Assembly: GCA_964510615.1 (NCBI GenBank)
Contig: CAZEBA010000006.1
Coordinates: 33,807-97,806, forward strand
Length of the DNA stretch: 64,000 nucleotides
Direction: 5' to 3'
DNA from: an uncultured Gemmatimonadota bacterium
Lineage (GTDB): Bacteria > Gemmatimonadota > Gemmatimonadetes > Palauibacterales > Palauibacteraceae
The notes beneath the pieces are model-generated. The model saw nothing but the letters and a program-made list of their open reading frames with translations. It did no database searches and was not told where the DNA came from. The position numbers and the translations under genes are program-made. Shown here piece by piece: positions 28,418-38,003 of this stretch; position 1 is the stretch's first letter, and every line of letters begins with the position of its first letter.

Positions 28418-29244
28418 GGCCCAGCCGCGGCCAGGAGGCGGGGCAGCTCCCGCACGGAATCGATCACCGCATGCGGCTCCGCCGGCGCCCCAAGGCCGGG
28501 TGCCCGTCCTCTCCCGCGCCCCGCGCGTGACTTCCCGGTGCGCACCTGGACCACGATCAGGCCGGCCCGCCGTCCACCCGCGATGTCGGCCTCGGGATCG
28601 TCCCCGACCACGGCGATGCGGTTCGCGGGTAGCCCGAGGCTGGCCGCTGCCAAGTCGAAAAACGGCCGTGCGGGCTTTCCGACCAGCTCGGCCGCGGTTC
28701 CGGCCGCCTCCTCCAGTGCGGCGACGAAGGGGCCAGCGTCCAGCGTGGGCCCCGCTTCCGTCAGCCAATACCGGTTCCGGTGCATCGCCACCAGACGCGC
28801 CCCGCCGAGCAGGCTGCGGAACGCCGCGTTGAGGGTCTCGAACGTGAACCCTGGACCCAAGTCCCCGACCACCACCGCTTCCGGCCCCGAGTCCGTGATC
28901 TCGAATCCCGGGAAGTCCTGCCGCACCGACTCTGGCGCCAGCAGCTGGATTCGGGTGACACCGGTCTTCTCGAGGTGGTGAGCGGCCGCCACGGTAGCCG
29001 TAAGCACATCCCGTTCGTCCACCTGGAATCCCAGGTCGCGAAGCTTCTCTGCCACCGCACGGCGGGACATCCGGCTCGTGTTGGTCGCGAGCCGCAGCGG
29101 CAGTCGCTCCTTCAGCTCTGCCAGCGCGCCCGCCGCTCCCCGTACCGGCTGCCCGGCCTCGTGGAGGGTGCCGTCGATGTCCAGCAGGACTCCGCCCACC
29201 GGGGGCAACCGATCCAGGGTTTCTTCCATAACATCCGGCACCAA
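28414..29244 (-). CDS. HAD-IIA hydrolase (HDHD2/LHPP-like)
   Basis: DIDGT, TNT, GKP, GDDPEAD, TGK. Confidence 0.9.
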   Translation of the reverse strand: MVPDVMEETLDRLPPVGGVLLDIDGTLHEAGQPVRGAAGALAELKERLPLRLATNTSRMSRRAVAEKLRDLGFQVDERDVLTATVAAAHHLEKTGVTRIQLLAPESVRQDFPGFEITDSGPEAVVVGDLGPGFTFETLNAAFRSLLGGARLVAMHRNRYWLTEAGPTLDAGPFVAALEEAAGTAAELVGKPARPFFDLAAASLGLPANRIAVVGDDPEADIAGGRRAGLIVVQVRTGKSRAGRGRGRAPGLGAPAEPHAVIDSVRELPRLLAAAGP

Positions 29245-29496
29245 GCCTCACCTTCGCTCGACAACGGGCCGCTCTGCTCCGGCGCCCTCGCCGCCAGAGC
29301 CGGGTACACGGACAGCCGGCGCCCACGCCCTTTGCGCCGGCCAACCGGACCGCGAGGCTAAGCTAGGCGGCCCTGCAGGCTGAGCAAGGCGCGGCGGCAG
29401 CTCCCTGGTTTCGCCTACGGGGCTGGTTCGAACCTCACCGGCCCGGATATTATCGCCGCCCAGGAACCGCGATTCGCCTGATCACGGAGGTCCGGC

Positions 29497-30732
29497 GTGC
29501 CCCGAATACTCCCGACCGCCTCTCTCCGATACGCTCCGAGAGCAGGCGACCCGAGCCACCTGCTGGCACCACCCTACGACGTGATCGATGCAGAGGAGGC
29601 GAACCGGCTCAGGGCTCGAAGCCCGTACAACGCGGTCCGGCTCATTCTGCCAGAGGGTGGGTCGCCCGACCGTTACGCGGCGGCTGCCCGAACGATGCAG
29701 GAGTGGATCGATGCCGGCATTCTGTCCCGCTCCGATCGCGACGCCAGCTGGATCTACTCTCAGGCGTTCCGACACGGCGATCGGCGATTCGTCCGCCGCG
29801 CCCTCCTCGCCGCCGTGGAGCTGGTTCCGTTCGACCGGGGGCAGGTCCTGCCTCACGAGCGAACGCACCGGGGCCCCAAGGAAGATCGGCTCGCTCTGAT
29901 GACGGCGTGCCGAGCCCAGCTTTCCCCCATCTTTCTCATCGCCCGCGACCCGCTGCGTGCTCTGGGGGGGCTGATCCAGGCGGCAGCATCCGCTCCCCCG
30001 GCCCTCGACACGCAAACGGAGGACGGCAACGAGCACAGGCTCCATGCCGTCCCTCCCGAACTGGAAGGAGAGATCCTCGGGGCGGCCGGCGCCGACGGTC
30101 TGTTGATCGCCGACGGCCACCACCGCTACGAGACAGCGCTCGCCCTAGCCGGGCGACTGCCTGCGCGGCCGGCCGCGGGTGCGGTGCTCGCGGCCATCGT
30201 GAGCCAGCACGACCCGGGCCTTCTCATTCAGCCGACGCATCGTCGACTCACAGGCCTTCCACAAGGCTGGCGACGGGATCTCCTGAGCCTCTTCGAGGCT
30301 GAACGCGGTCCATCCGACCCCGCCGCTCTCGCTGCTGTCGTTGCCGACGCGGGCCCATCCGCGATCGGCGTCGCCTCGGCGCCCGGCGTCACTTCGTCCG
30401 GACTCCTGCTGCGAGTCCGCAGCGGCGCCGCGGCTGAGGCCGCGCTATCGGCGACCGAGGCGGGGCTGGCGTGTCTCCTGTTCGACTCCCTGATTCTGAG
30501 GCGCATCATGGGTGGAGATGCGGATTCAGCCGCCGCGGCCCGAGCACTCTCCTACCAGCAGGATCCCGCCGCGGCACCGCCGGCGCCCGACGAGGGGGAT
30601 GCGCTCTTCCTCCTACCGCCGGTCCCCGTAGACCGCCTCTGGGAGGTGGCCCAGCACGGCCGCCGCCTGCCGCCGAAGTCCACCTTCTTTTCCCCCAAGA
30701 TCCCTTCCGGCCTGCTCTTCCGACCGCTCTGA
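29497..30732 (+). CDS. DUF1015 family protein
   Basis: APPYDVI, PHERT, IADGHHRYETA, PPKSTFFSPKIPSGL. Confidence 0.88.
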   Translation: MPRILPTASLRYAPRAGDPSHLLAPPYDVIDAEEANRLRARSPYNAVRLILPEGGSPDRYAAAARTMQEWIDAGILSRSDRDASWIYSQAFRHGDRRFVRRALLAAVELVPFDRGQVLPHERTHRGPKEDRLALMTACRAQLSPIFLIARDPLRALGGLIQAAASAPPALDTQTEDGNEHRLHAVPPELEGEILGAAGADGLLIADGHHRYETALALAGRLPARPAAGAVLAAIVSQHDPGLLIQPTHRRLTGLPQGWRRDLLSLFEAERGPSDPAALAAVVADAGPSAIGVASAPGVTSSGLLLRVRSGAAAEAALSATEAGLACLLFDSLILRRIMGGDADSAAAARALSYQQDPAAAPPAPDEGDALFLLPPVPVDRLWEVAQHGRRLPPKSTFFSPKIPSGLLFRPL

Positions 30733-30744
30733 GCGAGCACCCGC

Positions 30745-31206
30745 TCAACCATCCATGAACTCGTGCAGGCTGATGATCTCCATGCCGGCGACCCGCCGAA
30801 GTGCCGTCTTGTAGGTGACATATGCCCTTGCGCCCCCGACGAGTCCCGTCGCGAGGTGCAGCGCTCGCTCCGCCGAGCCGCCGAGCCGTGCCCTTACCTC
30901 CGCCGCCTGCCGGGCGATCTCTCCCGTCACGGGAACGACCTCCAATCCAGCTAGCCCGCCGAGGTAGCGGAACGCCTGAGCCGCGACCTCCTCCTCGCCT
31001 CTCCGATACGGCTCCGCCAGGAGTTGATAGAAGGAGAGAGCCGACGTCTGTGCACGGATGCGCTCCTCCCTAACTGCAGCAAACACTAACCTTGTGAGCT
31101 CAACAACCGGCGCATTACCTATTAGATGATAGGCTATAACGGATGCATCTAGGTGGATTCGTCGTGCCTCCTCGAGTGAAACCTGAAATGCGGCGCGCCT
31201 AGCCAC
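30745..31206 (-). CDS. vapC: PIN-domain toxin (VapC family)
   Basis: IHLDASVIAY ... ALHLATG; GTG start overlaps the antitoxin stop. Confidence 0.75.
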   Translation of the reverse strand: MARRAAFQVSLEEARRIHLDASVIAYHLIGNAPVVELTRLVFAAVREERIRAQTSALSFYQLLAEPYRRGEEEVAAQAFRYLGGLAGLEVVPVTGEIARQAAEVRARLGGSAERALHLATGLVGGARAYVTYKTALRRVAGMEIISLHEFMDG

Positions 31207-31414
31207 CGACCTCGGACCACGACGCTGTGCCGAGCCCCGCAAACAACCCTTCCAACTCGGCGGCCAGGTCCTCGGGCTGTCGCTCCAGTTCGATCACTCC
31301 GCCAGGCCGCACCGTCACCAGCAACCGGTCCCCAGGTTCGAGGGCGAGCGCGGCCCGCGCCTCGCGTGGAATGACGATCTGGTTCTTGCTGCTCATCTTG
31401 ACGGACACGGACAT
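31199..31414 (-). CDS. AbrB/MazE/SpoVT-family antitoxin
   Basis: KMSSKNQIVIPREARAALALEPGDRL; AAGGAG RBS. Confidence 0.88.
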   Translation of the reverse strand: MSVSVKMSSKNQIVIPREARAALALEPGDRLLVTVRPGGVIELERQPEDLAAELEGLFAGLGTASWSEVGG

Positions 31415-31463
31415 CGGTCCCGAGCTCCTTGAGCGGAAGGGAATCGGTCGGCAAGAACGGCGC

Positions 31464-31492
31464 AACCTAACCTTTACAGGACCGCTTTACAA
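31464..31492 (-). promoter_or_regulatory. TA operon promoter overlapped by a GTAAAG-N7-GTAAAG repeat
   Basis: Minus strand TTGTAA-N17-TAGGTT containing GTAAAG cggtcct GTAAAG. Confidence 0.6.
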
Positions 31493-31521
31493 GCAACCGC
31501 GCCGCCGCGAGCGGTGGAGAG

Positions 31522-32526
31522 TCAGACCCGCCAGATTACCGTGTAGATAAAGACGCCGTACATCAGCAAGAGAGCGAGCCCCTCGCCGCGATTCACCTGC
31601 CGACCCGTGTAGGCCAGCGGGATGAGGACGACACAGAAGAAGAGCGCGGGGACTACCTGCCGGACGACGACTTCCGGTGGAAGGCGGAGGGGATTCAAGA
31701 GAGCCGCCGCACCCAGCACGAGCCCCAGGTTGAAGACGTTGGAGCCGATGATGTTGCCGATCGCGATATCACCCAAGCCGCGAGCGGCGGCGGCGACGGT
31801 CGACGCCAGCTCCGGGATCGACGTGCCGACCGCCACCATCGTCGCTCCTATCACCTCCTCCGGCACCCGAAACGCCCGGGCGATCGCCACCCCGGAGTCG
31901 ACGAGAAAATGGGCTCCGGCCAGCAGCGCGACCAGACCCAGGATCGTCCGCACCCAGAGACCGACCAGCGAGGGATGAGCGGCCGGTTCGTCGGCCATCC
32001 CCGCAGTCAGGCCTTCCGTGCCGACACCGAGCGGCGTGCCACCGCTCGGCGCGTCCAGGCCCGGCGCGCCGCGGAAGACGCCCGTTCCTTCCATGTGAAG
32101 CATGAAGATCAGATAGACGAGGAAGCCGCCCGTCAGCGCCAGGCCGTCCAGCCGGCCGAGAGCATCGTTCCACGACAGCAGCATCACGATCAGAAGGACG
32201 AAGATGAGCAGCGGGCTCTCCCGAACGAGGAGGCGTCGTTTGACCGCGATCGGACGAATGAGGGCGCCGAGGCCCGCGATCAGACCGACGTTGGCGACCG
32301 TCGATCCCATGACGTTGCCGACGGCGAGACCCGGCTGGCCCCGCAAGGCGGCCAGGCCGCTGACGAAGAGTTCCGGCGCTGACGTGCCGAACGCTACCAC
32401 GGTCAGCCCGACCACCAAGGGGCTGACTCCCAGGCGGGCGGCCGCCCTCGACGAGCCGGTGACGAGCCAATCCGCACCGAAGGTGATCGCGAGAAGCCCC
32501 GCGACAAACAGGAGGGAGTGGCTCAC
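31522..32526 (-). CDS. yrbG: Ca2+/Na+ antiporter (YrbG family)
   Basis: Two alpha-repeats GTSAPE...GNVMGS and GTSIPE...GNIIGSN. Confidence 0.92.
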   Translation of the reverse strand: MSHSLLFVAGLLAITFGADWLVTGSSRAAARLGVSPLVVGLTVVAFGTSAPELFVSGLAALRGQPGLAVGNVMGSTVANVGLIAGLGALIRPIAVKRRLLVRESPLLIFVLLIVMLLSWNDALGRLDGLALTGGFLVYLIFMLHMEGTGVFRGAPGLDAPSGGTPLGVGTEGLTAGMADEPAAHPSLVGLWVRTILGLVALLAGAHFLVDSGVAIARAFRVPEEVIGATMVAVGTSIPELASTVAAAARGLGDIAIGNIIGSNVFNLGLVLGAAALLNPLRLPPEVVVRQVVPALFFCVVLIPLAYTGRQVNRGEGLALLLMYGVFIYTVIWRV

Positions 32527-32578
32527 TTCGAGAGCGCGGCCGCGACCGCCGCGTGCGACCGCATCTGTCGGCCTCGAT

Positions 32579-33079
32579 TCAGGAGTCGGACCCCGAAACC
32601 TTCTGCATGCCCTGGGCAGGTCCCTTCGCCGGACCGGGAGCCGGTGGCCCCGCCGGCGGTTGGCGAGGCGTCGGGATCTTCCGGGCCGCTTCCTGCTGCG
32701 CCGTCTCGGCCCCCATGTGAAGCCGGCCCTCCACGCGTCCGCCCTCGTCGAGCTTCACGCGCCTGCTCCGGATATCACCCTCGACATGGCAGGAGGCCTG
32801 CAGCTCGACGCGGCTCTGGGCCGTGATCGTACCTGCCACCCGGCCGGCAACGATCAGGTCCTGCGTCTCGATGTCGCCCAGCACCTGGCCGTCCTTGCCG
32901 ACGACCACCGACTTCGCGGCCCGGATCAAACCCTCGACGCGTCCCTCGATCCGCACCACTCCGTCGCTCGTGCAGTCCCCGACCACCTGCATCCCGGGCC
33001 CGATGATCGAGACGACCTCGCTCAGATCGCGGCTCTCCGTTCTGTTCTCCTTCGACATGGTCTGTCCTTTTCCCAGCAC
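32579..33079 (-). CDS. Bactofilin (polymer-forming cytoskeletal protein)
   Basis: SIIGPGMQVVGD...RIEGRVEG...GQVLGDI...VEGDI beta-helix repeats. Confidence 0.9.
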   Translation of the reverse strand: MLGKGQTMSKENRTESRDLSEVVSIIGPGMQVVGDCTSDGVVRIEGRVEGLIRAAKSVVVGKDGQVLGDIETQDLIVAGRVAGTITAQSRVELQASCHVEGDIRSRRVKLDEGGRVEGRLHMGAETAQQEAARKIPTPRQPPAGPPAPGPAKGPAQGMQKVSGSDS

Positions 33080-33130
33080 GTGGTCTCCCTCGGCTTTCCC
33101 GCTCCGTACCAGATGAGCCGGCTCGGCCGG

Positions 33131-33907
33131 CTAACGGCCGACGAGCTCCAGTGGATCGATCATCCGACCAGCCAGTCGGGTCTCGAAGTGAAGGTGCGGC
33201 CCGGTCGACCGGCCCGTGCTCCCCGAAACCGCGATCACCTCCCGGGCCTCCACCGAGTCGCCTGCCGTTACGAAGGTCCAGGCGTTGTGGCCGTAGAGCG
33301 TCGACAGGTCTCCGGCATGCTCGATTCGCACGAACCGGCCATAGATGCCGTTCTCGCCGACATCGGCCACGACGCCGGGTGCGCTCGCCCTGACGTACGA
33401 TCCGGCCGGGATCGCGATGTCGATCCCGCCGTGCGGCAATCCGGCGTCCGTCCGGTGCGACCTCGTGATGTAGCCCCGCTGGGCGAGGGGCCACTGCAGC
33501 CGGCCCTCCCGTCCTGTCGCCGTCGCCGATCCCTCGCCCAGCTCGAGCGGTGGCAGCCACATGCCGTCGGTGCTCGTATCCGAACCGTCGCTTCCGAGCA
33601 CCCGCTGCACTCGTTGATAATCGACCTCCATGCGCTCCAACCGTGCCGCCAGCTCCATCACCTGCGTTCGTTCCGCCGAGAGGCGCTCCAGTTCGACCTC
33701 GAGCTCCTGCGTCCTCTTCGACTCCGATCGCTGCTCCCACGCCGCTCCCACGACCCAGCCAGCCGAAAGCAGCAGAACCACAATGGCCACTGCAACGGCG
33801 GCTGCCGCAGCCGCCCGGACGCGGAAAGAGCGTGACTCCGTGTGCCCCCCTGGAAGAAAGACGATCGTCCAGTCACGCCTCTGGTACCTCCGCACGACGC
33901 GGCGCAT
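33131..33907 (-). CDS. Membrane-anchored coiled-coil M23 peptidase
   Basis: TM helix, coiled coil, HGGID, STGPHLHFE. Confidence 0.88.
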   Translation of the reverse strand: MRRVVRRYQRRDWTIVFLPGGHTESRSFRVRAAAAAAVAVAIVVLLLSAGWVVGAAWEQRSESKRTQELEVELERLSAERTQVMELAARLERMEVDYQRVQRVLGSDGSDTSTDGMWLPPLELGEGSATATGREGRLQWPLAQRGYITRSHRTDAGLPHGGIDIAIPAGSYVRASAPGVVADVGENGIYGRFVRIEHAGDLSTLYGHNAWTFVTAGDSVEAREVIAVSGSTGRSTGPHLHFETRLAGRMIDPLELVGR

Positions 33908-33908
33908 C

Positions 33909-34790
33909 TCAGAGATCCGCGGTCGAGACGCCCGCCAAGACCAGGAGCAGCCGATCGAAGTCTTCGGCATCGTGGAACACGACCCGAATCTCTCCGCCCG
34001 CCTCTCCGGTCAACCGCACCTGCACCTCGGTTCCCAGAGCTCGCTCCAGAGCCTGCTGCGCCCGCCGCAGGTGGGGGTCGTCCTTGGCAGTGGGGCGCGG
34101 TCCGGCCCGCGGCGAGGGGGCGGACGGCTGTCGGAGCTTCTGCGCGCGCCGCTCTGTCTGCCGGACCGACAGGCCACGGGACACCACCTCATCCGCCAAT
34201 ACCTGCTGCGCCGAGTCTCCACGCACGCCCAGGATCGCACGCGCGTGGCCGGCGCTCAGTGCTCCTGAATGCACCATGTCCTGAACCCGCATCGGCAGCG
34301 TGAGCAGCCGAAGCGCGTTCGCCACCGTCGACCGGTCCTTCCCCACCTGATTGGCGATCCGCTGCTGGGTCATCCCGAAATCGTCGGCCAGCTGCTGGTA
34401 GCTTCGCGCCTCTTCCAGCGGCGAGAGCGCCTCCCGCTGCAGGTTCTCGACCAGCGCCACCAGGAGCATCTGCTCGTCCGCAAGGTCTCGGACGATGACC
34501 GGTGCCGTCTTCCACTCCAGTGCCTGCAGCGCGCGCCATCGGCGTTCCCCGGCCACCAGCTGCCAGCTGGCGTTCTTACTCCGAACGACGAGCGGCTGCA
34601 GGAGACCGTGCTCCCGGATCGAGGCGACCAGCTCGGCCAGTGACTCCTGCGAGAGCGAGCGTCGCGGCTGGTACGGGTTGGGGCTGAGATCCTCCAGCGG
34701 GACCTCGAACTCCGCGCCGTCGACGACATCGAGATGCTCCCCCAGGAGGGCTCCGAGGCCCCTTCCCAGCCGCTCGTCGTTCCTAGCCAA
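33909..34790 (-). CDS. parB: Chromosome partitioning protein ParB
   Basis: LGRGLGAL, NPYQPR, GERRWRA, ENLQRE, HTH. Confidence 0.96.
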   Translation of the reverse strand: MARNDERLGRGLGALLGEHLDVVDGAEFEVPLEDLSPNPYQPRRSLSQESLAELVASIREHGLLQPLVVRSKNASWQLVAGERRWRALQALEWKTAPVIVRDLADEQMLLVALVENLQREALSPLEEARSYQQLADDFGMTQQRIANQVGKDRSTVANALRLLTLPMRVQDMVHSGALSAGHARAILGVRGDSAQQVLADEVVSRGLSVRQTERRAQKLRQPSAPSPRAGPRPTAKDDPHLRRAQQALERALGTEVQVRLTGEAGGEIRVVFHDAEDFDRLLLVLAGVSTADL

Positions 34791-35568
34791 CTTTCCGCTT
34801 CGGCTCGTCGCGCTCGATCAGCTCGTTCGCCAGGCTCAGATAGCCGCGAGCACCGGTGGAGAGCACGTCGTACAAGGCGATCGGCTTGCCGAAGCTCGGA
34901 GCTTCGGCCAGGCGGATGTTCCTCGGTATCATCGTGTCGAAGACCTTCCGACCGAAGTACTCGCGCGCCTCCGCCGCGACCTGCTTCGACAGGTTGAGAC
35001 GCGAGTCGTACATCGTGAGCAGTACGCCCTCGATCTGGAGATCCGGGTTGATGTTACGCTGAACCAGCCGGACCGTGTTCAGTAGCTGACTCAAACCTTC
35101 GAGCGCGTAGAACTCGCACTGAATCGGGATGATGACGGAGTCCGCGGCCGTCAGTGCGTTGATGGTGAGCACGCCCAGCGATGGGGGAGAATCGACGAGG
35201 ACGTAGTCGTAGGCGCCTCGGACCGACTCGAGCGCGCGCCGCAGGCGCCGATTCCGATTGGGCCTCTCCACCAGCTCGACCTCCGCACCGGCCAGATCCC
35301 GGCTGGCGGGGGCCACGTCCAGGTAGGGGAAGTGGACCTCGTGATGAATGGCGTCCGCCAGGGGTTTCCCTTCGACCACACACTCGTAGACGGAAAGCCG
35401 GTTGCCATCCTTGCGGATCCCGAATCCGCTCGTCGCGTTTCCTTGGGGATCGCAATCCAGAACCAGGGTCCTCCGTTCCGCAATGGCGAGCGAGGCGCCC
35501 AGGTTGATGGCGGTCGTGGTCTTCCCTACGCCGCCCTTCTGGTTCGCGATCGAGATGACTCGACTCAT
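34783..35568 (-). CDS. parA: Chromosome partitioning ATPase ParA/Soj
   Basis: NQKGGVGKTT, DPQGN, QCEFYALEG, EAPSFG. Confidence 0.97.
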   Translation of the reverse strand: MSRVISIANQKGGVGKTTTAINLGASLAIAERRTLVLDCDPQGNATSGFGIRKDGNRLSVYECVVEGKPLADAIHHEVHFPYLDVAPASRDLAGAEVELVERPNRNRRLRRALESVRGAYDYVLVDSPPSLGVLTINALTAADSVIIPIQCEFYALEGLSQLLNTVRLVQRNINPDLQIEGVLLTMYDSRLNLSKQVAAEAREYFGRKVFDTMIPRNIRLAEAPSFGKPIALYDVLSTGARGYLSLANELIERDEPKRKVG

Positions 35569-35763
35569 CGGCTCCTCTGCGCGGTCAACCGGCGGGCTTC
35601 CGTGTCACCTCGACCATCCTCGGGCGGAACCGGGGGGCGCGCGAGCCGGACGATCTCTGGACTCTTCGAGTCAAGGACAGTTTCTGACCGCCAGTTGTTG
35701 AGGACGGATGTTCGGGACGGGGAAGAATATAGAACCGGGCCGCCAGCCGCGCCAAGCGGCGCT

Positions 35764-35779
35764 CGTTTCACGTGAAACA
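35764..35779. promoter_or_regulatory. parS centromere site 1
   Basis: CGTTTCACGTGAAACA, one mismatch to TGTTTCACGTGAAACA. Confidence 0.9.
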
Positions 35780-35793
35780 CATCGATCCACGAT

Positions 35794-35802
35794 TGTGGAA
35801 AA
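35794..35802 (-). promoter_or_regulatory. DnaA box between the parS sites
   Basis: TTTTCCACA on minus strand fits TTWTNCACA. Confidence 0.5.
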
Positions 35803-35905
35803 CCGCCTACTCTCACTCGGCACTGTGGGTTACACCACTTTGGGCCCTGCGCGACATCCGGGCGCCAGCGGCGCGTCCGCGGTCAAGGTGCGAGGCGACC
35901 CCCGC

Positions 35906-35921
35906 TGTTTCACGTGAAACA
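35906..35921. promoter_or_regulatory. parS centromere site 2
   Basis: Perfect TGTTTCACGTGAAACA. Confidence 0.95.
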
Positions 35922-35983
35922 ATCCGACACCGGCGAAGCCGCGCGCAGGTGCGATGGGCCGACCGCTCCTGGAGATGGCGCCG

Positions 35984-37861
35984 CTACGGGCTCGCCAGCG
36001 CCCGCTTTCTCAGCTCCACAAGCAAGTTTTGCAGGTCGGCTGGGGAGATTCCCGGAATCCGCCCCGCTTGTCCGAGGGTGTCCGGACGTACGCGGGCCAG
36101 TTTCTGCCTTGCCTCGACCGAGAGCGTGGTCATATCGAGGTAGGGAGCGTCGATCGGTAGTGACATCTCCTCCCGTCGGCGCATCATCTCGACACGTTCA
36201 CGTTCCCGGCTCAGGTACCCCTCGTACTTGAGCTCCATCTCGACCAGCGTGAGAACGTCTGGCTCAAAGCCCTCGCCGTCCAGAGGCCCTCCGTCTCCGA
36301 CGAGGCCATCCAGGCTGACCTGCGGGCGCTTCAGCACCTCCCCCAGCGGCCGCGGCTGCACGAGGGCGGACGTGCCGCACTCCGCGAGATGCCCGTTCAC
36401 CTCCTCCGGCCGGAGGGAACGGGTGCGTGCCCAGCTACGGGCCCGCTCCAAGTCATCCAGAAAGCGGCCCATGCGTCGCCGCTCCTCCTCCACCAGGAGG
36501 CCGAGCCTCTCGGCCAGCGGCCCGAGCCGCTGCAGGCAGTTGTCCTGGCGCAACGTGAGCCGGAACTCGGCTCGCGACGTGAACAGTCGGTACGGCTCGT
36601 CCACGCCGCGCGTAACCAGGTCGTCGATCAGGACGCCGAGATAGGCTTCGTCGCGCGCCGGCACCCACGGCTCTCTCTCGAGGGAGGCCAGGCCGGCGTT
36701 GATGCCAGCCACCAGCCCCTGTCCGGCTGCCTCCTCGTACCCGGTCGTCCCGTTCACCTGGCCCGCCAGGTAGAGTCCGCGGAGGCCCTTGAGCGCCAGC
36801 GTCCGCTCCAGCTGCTGCGGCGGGAAGTAGTCGTACTCGATCGCGTAGCCTGGCTGTGTCATCCGAGCCCTTTCCAATCCGGGCACGCAAGCGAGGAACT
36901 CTCGTTGCACATCCGGCGGCAGTGACGTCGACAAGCCGTTCACGTACAGCTCGCTCGTCTCGCGGCCCTCGGGCTCCAGGAACAGTTGGTGACTGGCCGC
37001 GTCCGGGAACTTGTGGATCTTGTCCTCGATCGAGGGACAGTACCGAGGGCCCGGCCCGCTGATGGCCCCACCGTACATGGCGGATTGGGAGATGTTCTCT
37101 TCCACGATCCGGCAAACGGCCGGACCGGCTTCGCCGATCCAGCACGGAAGCCGCTCCAGTCCCGGGCTCCACTCCCAGTGGGAGAAGCGAGACGGCCCGC
37201 TCTCGCTCTCCTGACGTCTCAGCTTGCTGAAATCCACCGTCCGGCCGTCCACCCGAGGTGGCGTTCCCGTCTTGAACCGCGCGCTCTCGAGACCGAGATC
37301 GAGCAGCTGCTCGGCCAGGGCGATGGACGGCGCGTCGCCGACGCGGCCGGCGGCGATCGATCGCGACCGCCCCATCTTGATGCTCCCCCTCAGGAACGTG
37401 CCGGCCGTCAGCACGACGCGCCGCGCCCGAAAGCCGCTACCGTCCGTGCACATCACGCCCGCTACCCGATCAGCCTCGAGGAGGATGCCCGCCACCATGC
37501 CCTGGTAGAGCGCGAGTCGCTCTCGCTCCTCCAGCAGGCTCCGAATGGCGCGCGGGTATTGGCCCCGGTCACACTGGGCCCTGGGTGCCCACACGGCAGG
37601 GCCCTTGGAGCGGTTCAGCATCCGGAAATGCAGCGTGCACCGATCCGTCGCGCGGCCCATCAGCCCGCCCATGGCGTCCACCTCGCGCGCCACCGTTCCC
37701 TTCGCGATGCCTCCGATGGCCGGATTGCACGACATCTGGCCGACCCGGCCCAGATATCCCGTGATCAGGAGCGTCGTCGCGCCGAGCCGGGCGGCGGCGT
37801 TGGCGGCTTCGCACCCTGCATGCCCTCCTCCGATCACGATCACGTCGTGGGTGTCGCTCAT
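35984..37861 (-). CDS. mnmG: tRNA uridine-5-carboxymethylaminomethyl modification enzyme MnmG (GidA)
   Basis: GGGHAG, MSCNPAIGG, GPRYCPSIEDK, GTTGYEEA, SRAEFRL; alternative start at 37918. Confidence 0.96.
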   Translation of the reverse strand: MSDTHDVIVIGGGHAGCEAANAAARLGATTLLITGYLGRVGQMSCNPAIGGIAKGTVAREVDAMGGLMGRATDRCTLHFRMLNRSKGPAVWAPRAQCDRGQYPRAIRSLLEERERLALYQGMVAGILLEADRVAGVMCTDGSGFRARRVVLTAGTFLRGSIKMGRSRSIAAGRVGDAPSIALAEQLLDLGLESARFKTGTPPRVDGRTVDFSKLRRQESESGPSRFSHWEWSPGLERLPCWIGEAGPAVCRIVEENISQSAMYGGAISGPGPRYCPSIEDKIHKFPDAASHQLFLEPEGRETSELYVNGLSTSLPPDVQREFLACVPGLERARMTQPGYAIEYDYFPPQQLERTLALKGLRGLYLAGQVNGTTGYEEAAGQGLVAGINAGLASLEREPWVPARDEAYLGVLIDDLVTRGVDEPYRLFTSRAEFRLTLRQDNCLQRLGPLAERLGLLVEEERRRMGRFLDDLERARSWARTRSLRPEEVNGHLAECGTSALVQPRPLGEVLKRPQVSLDGLVGDGGPLDGEGFEPDVLTLVEMELKYEGYLSRERERVEMMRRREEMSLPIDAPYLDMTTLSVEARQKLARVRPDTLGQAGRIPGISPADLQNLLVELRKRALASP

Positions 37862-38003
37862 CTCGTCGAGCCTTTCCTCCTCGTCCTCATGGAGCCACAT
37901 TCGCCCCTGGTCGGCCATCGAATATCGTCGGCCGTCTCGGGTTGCGCAGCCGCCACCGCGCCGAAGCGCCGCCCGCGACGCGCCCTACCCGTGGGTGGCT
38001 CGG

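Noticed and set aside
28418-29344. N-terminal 309 aa of the 1100-aa ORF
   Set aside because: Overlaps the HAD gene in another frame; the real M14 start with signal peptide is at 28417
29380-29470. tRNA- or riboswitch-like stretch (GGTTCGAACC, nested stems, ACCAGGGAGC)
   Set aside because: No cloverleaf or anticodon arm, and the ZTP riboswitch 5' and 3' elements are missing; more likely divergent promoter DNA, though an Rfam scan is still worthwhile
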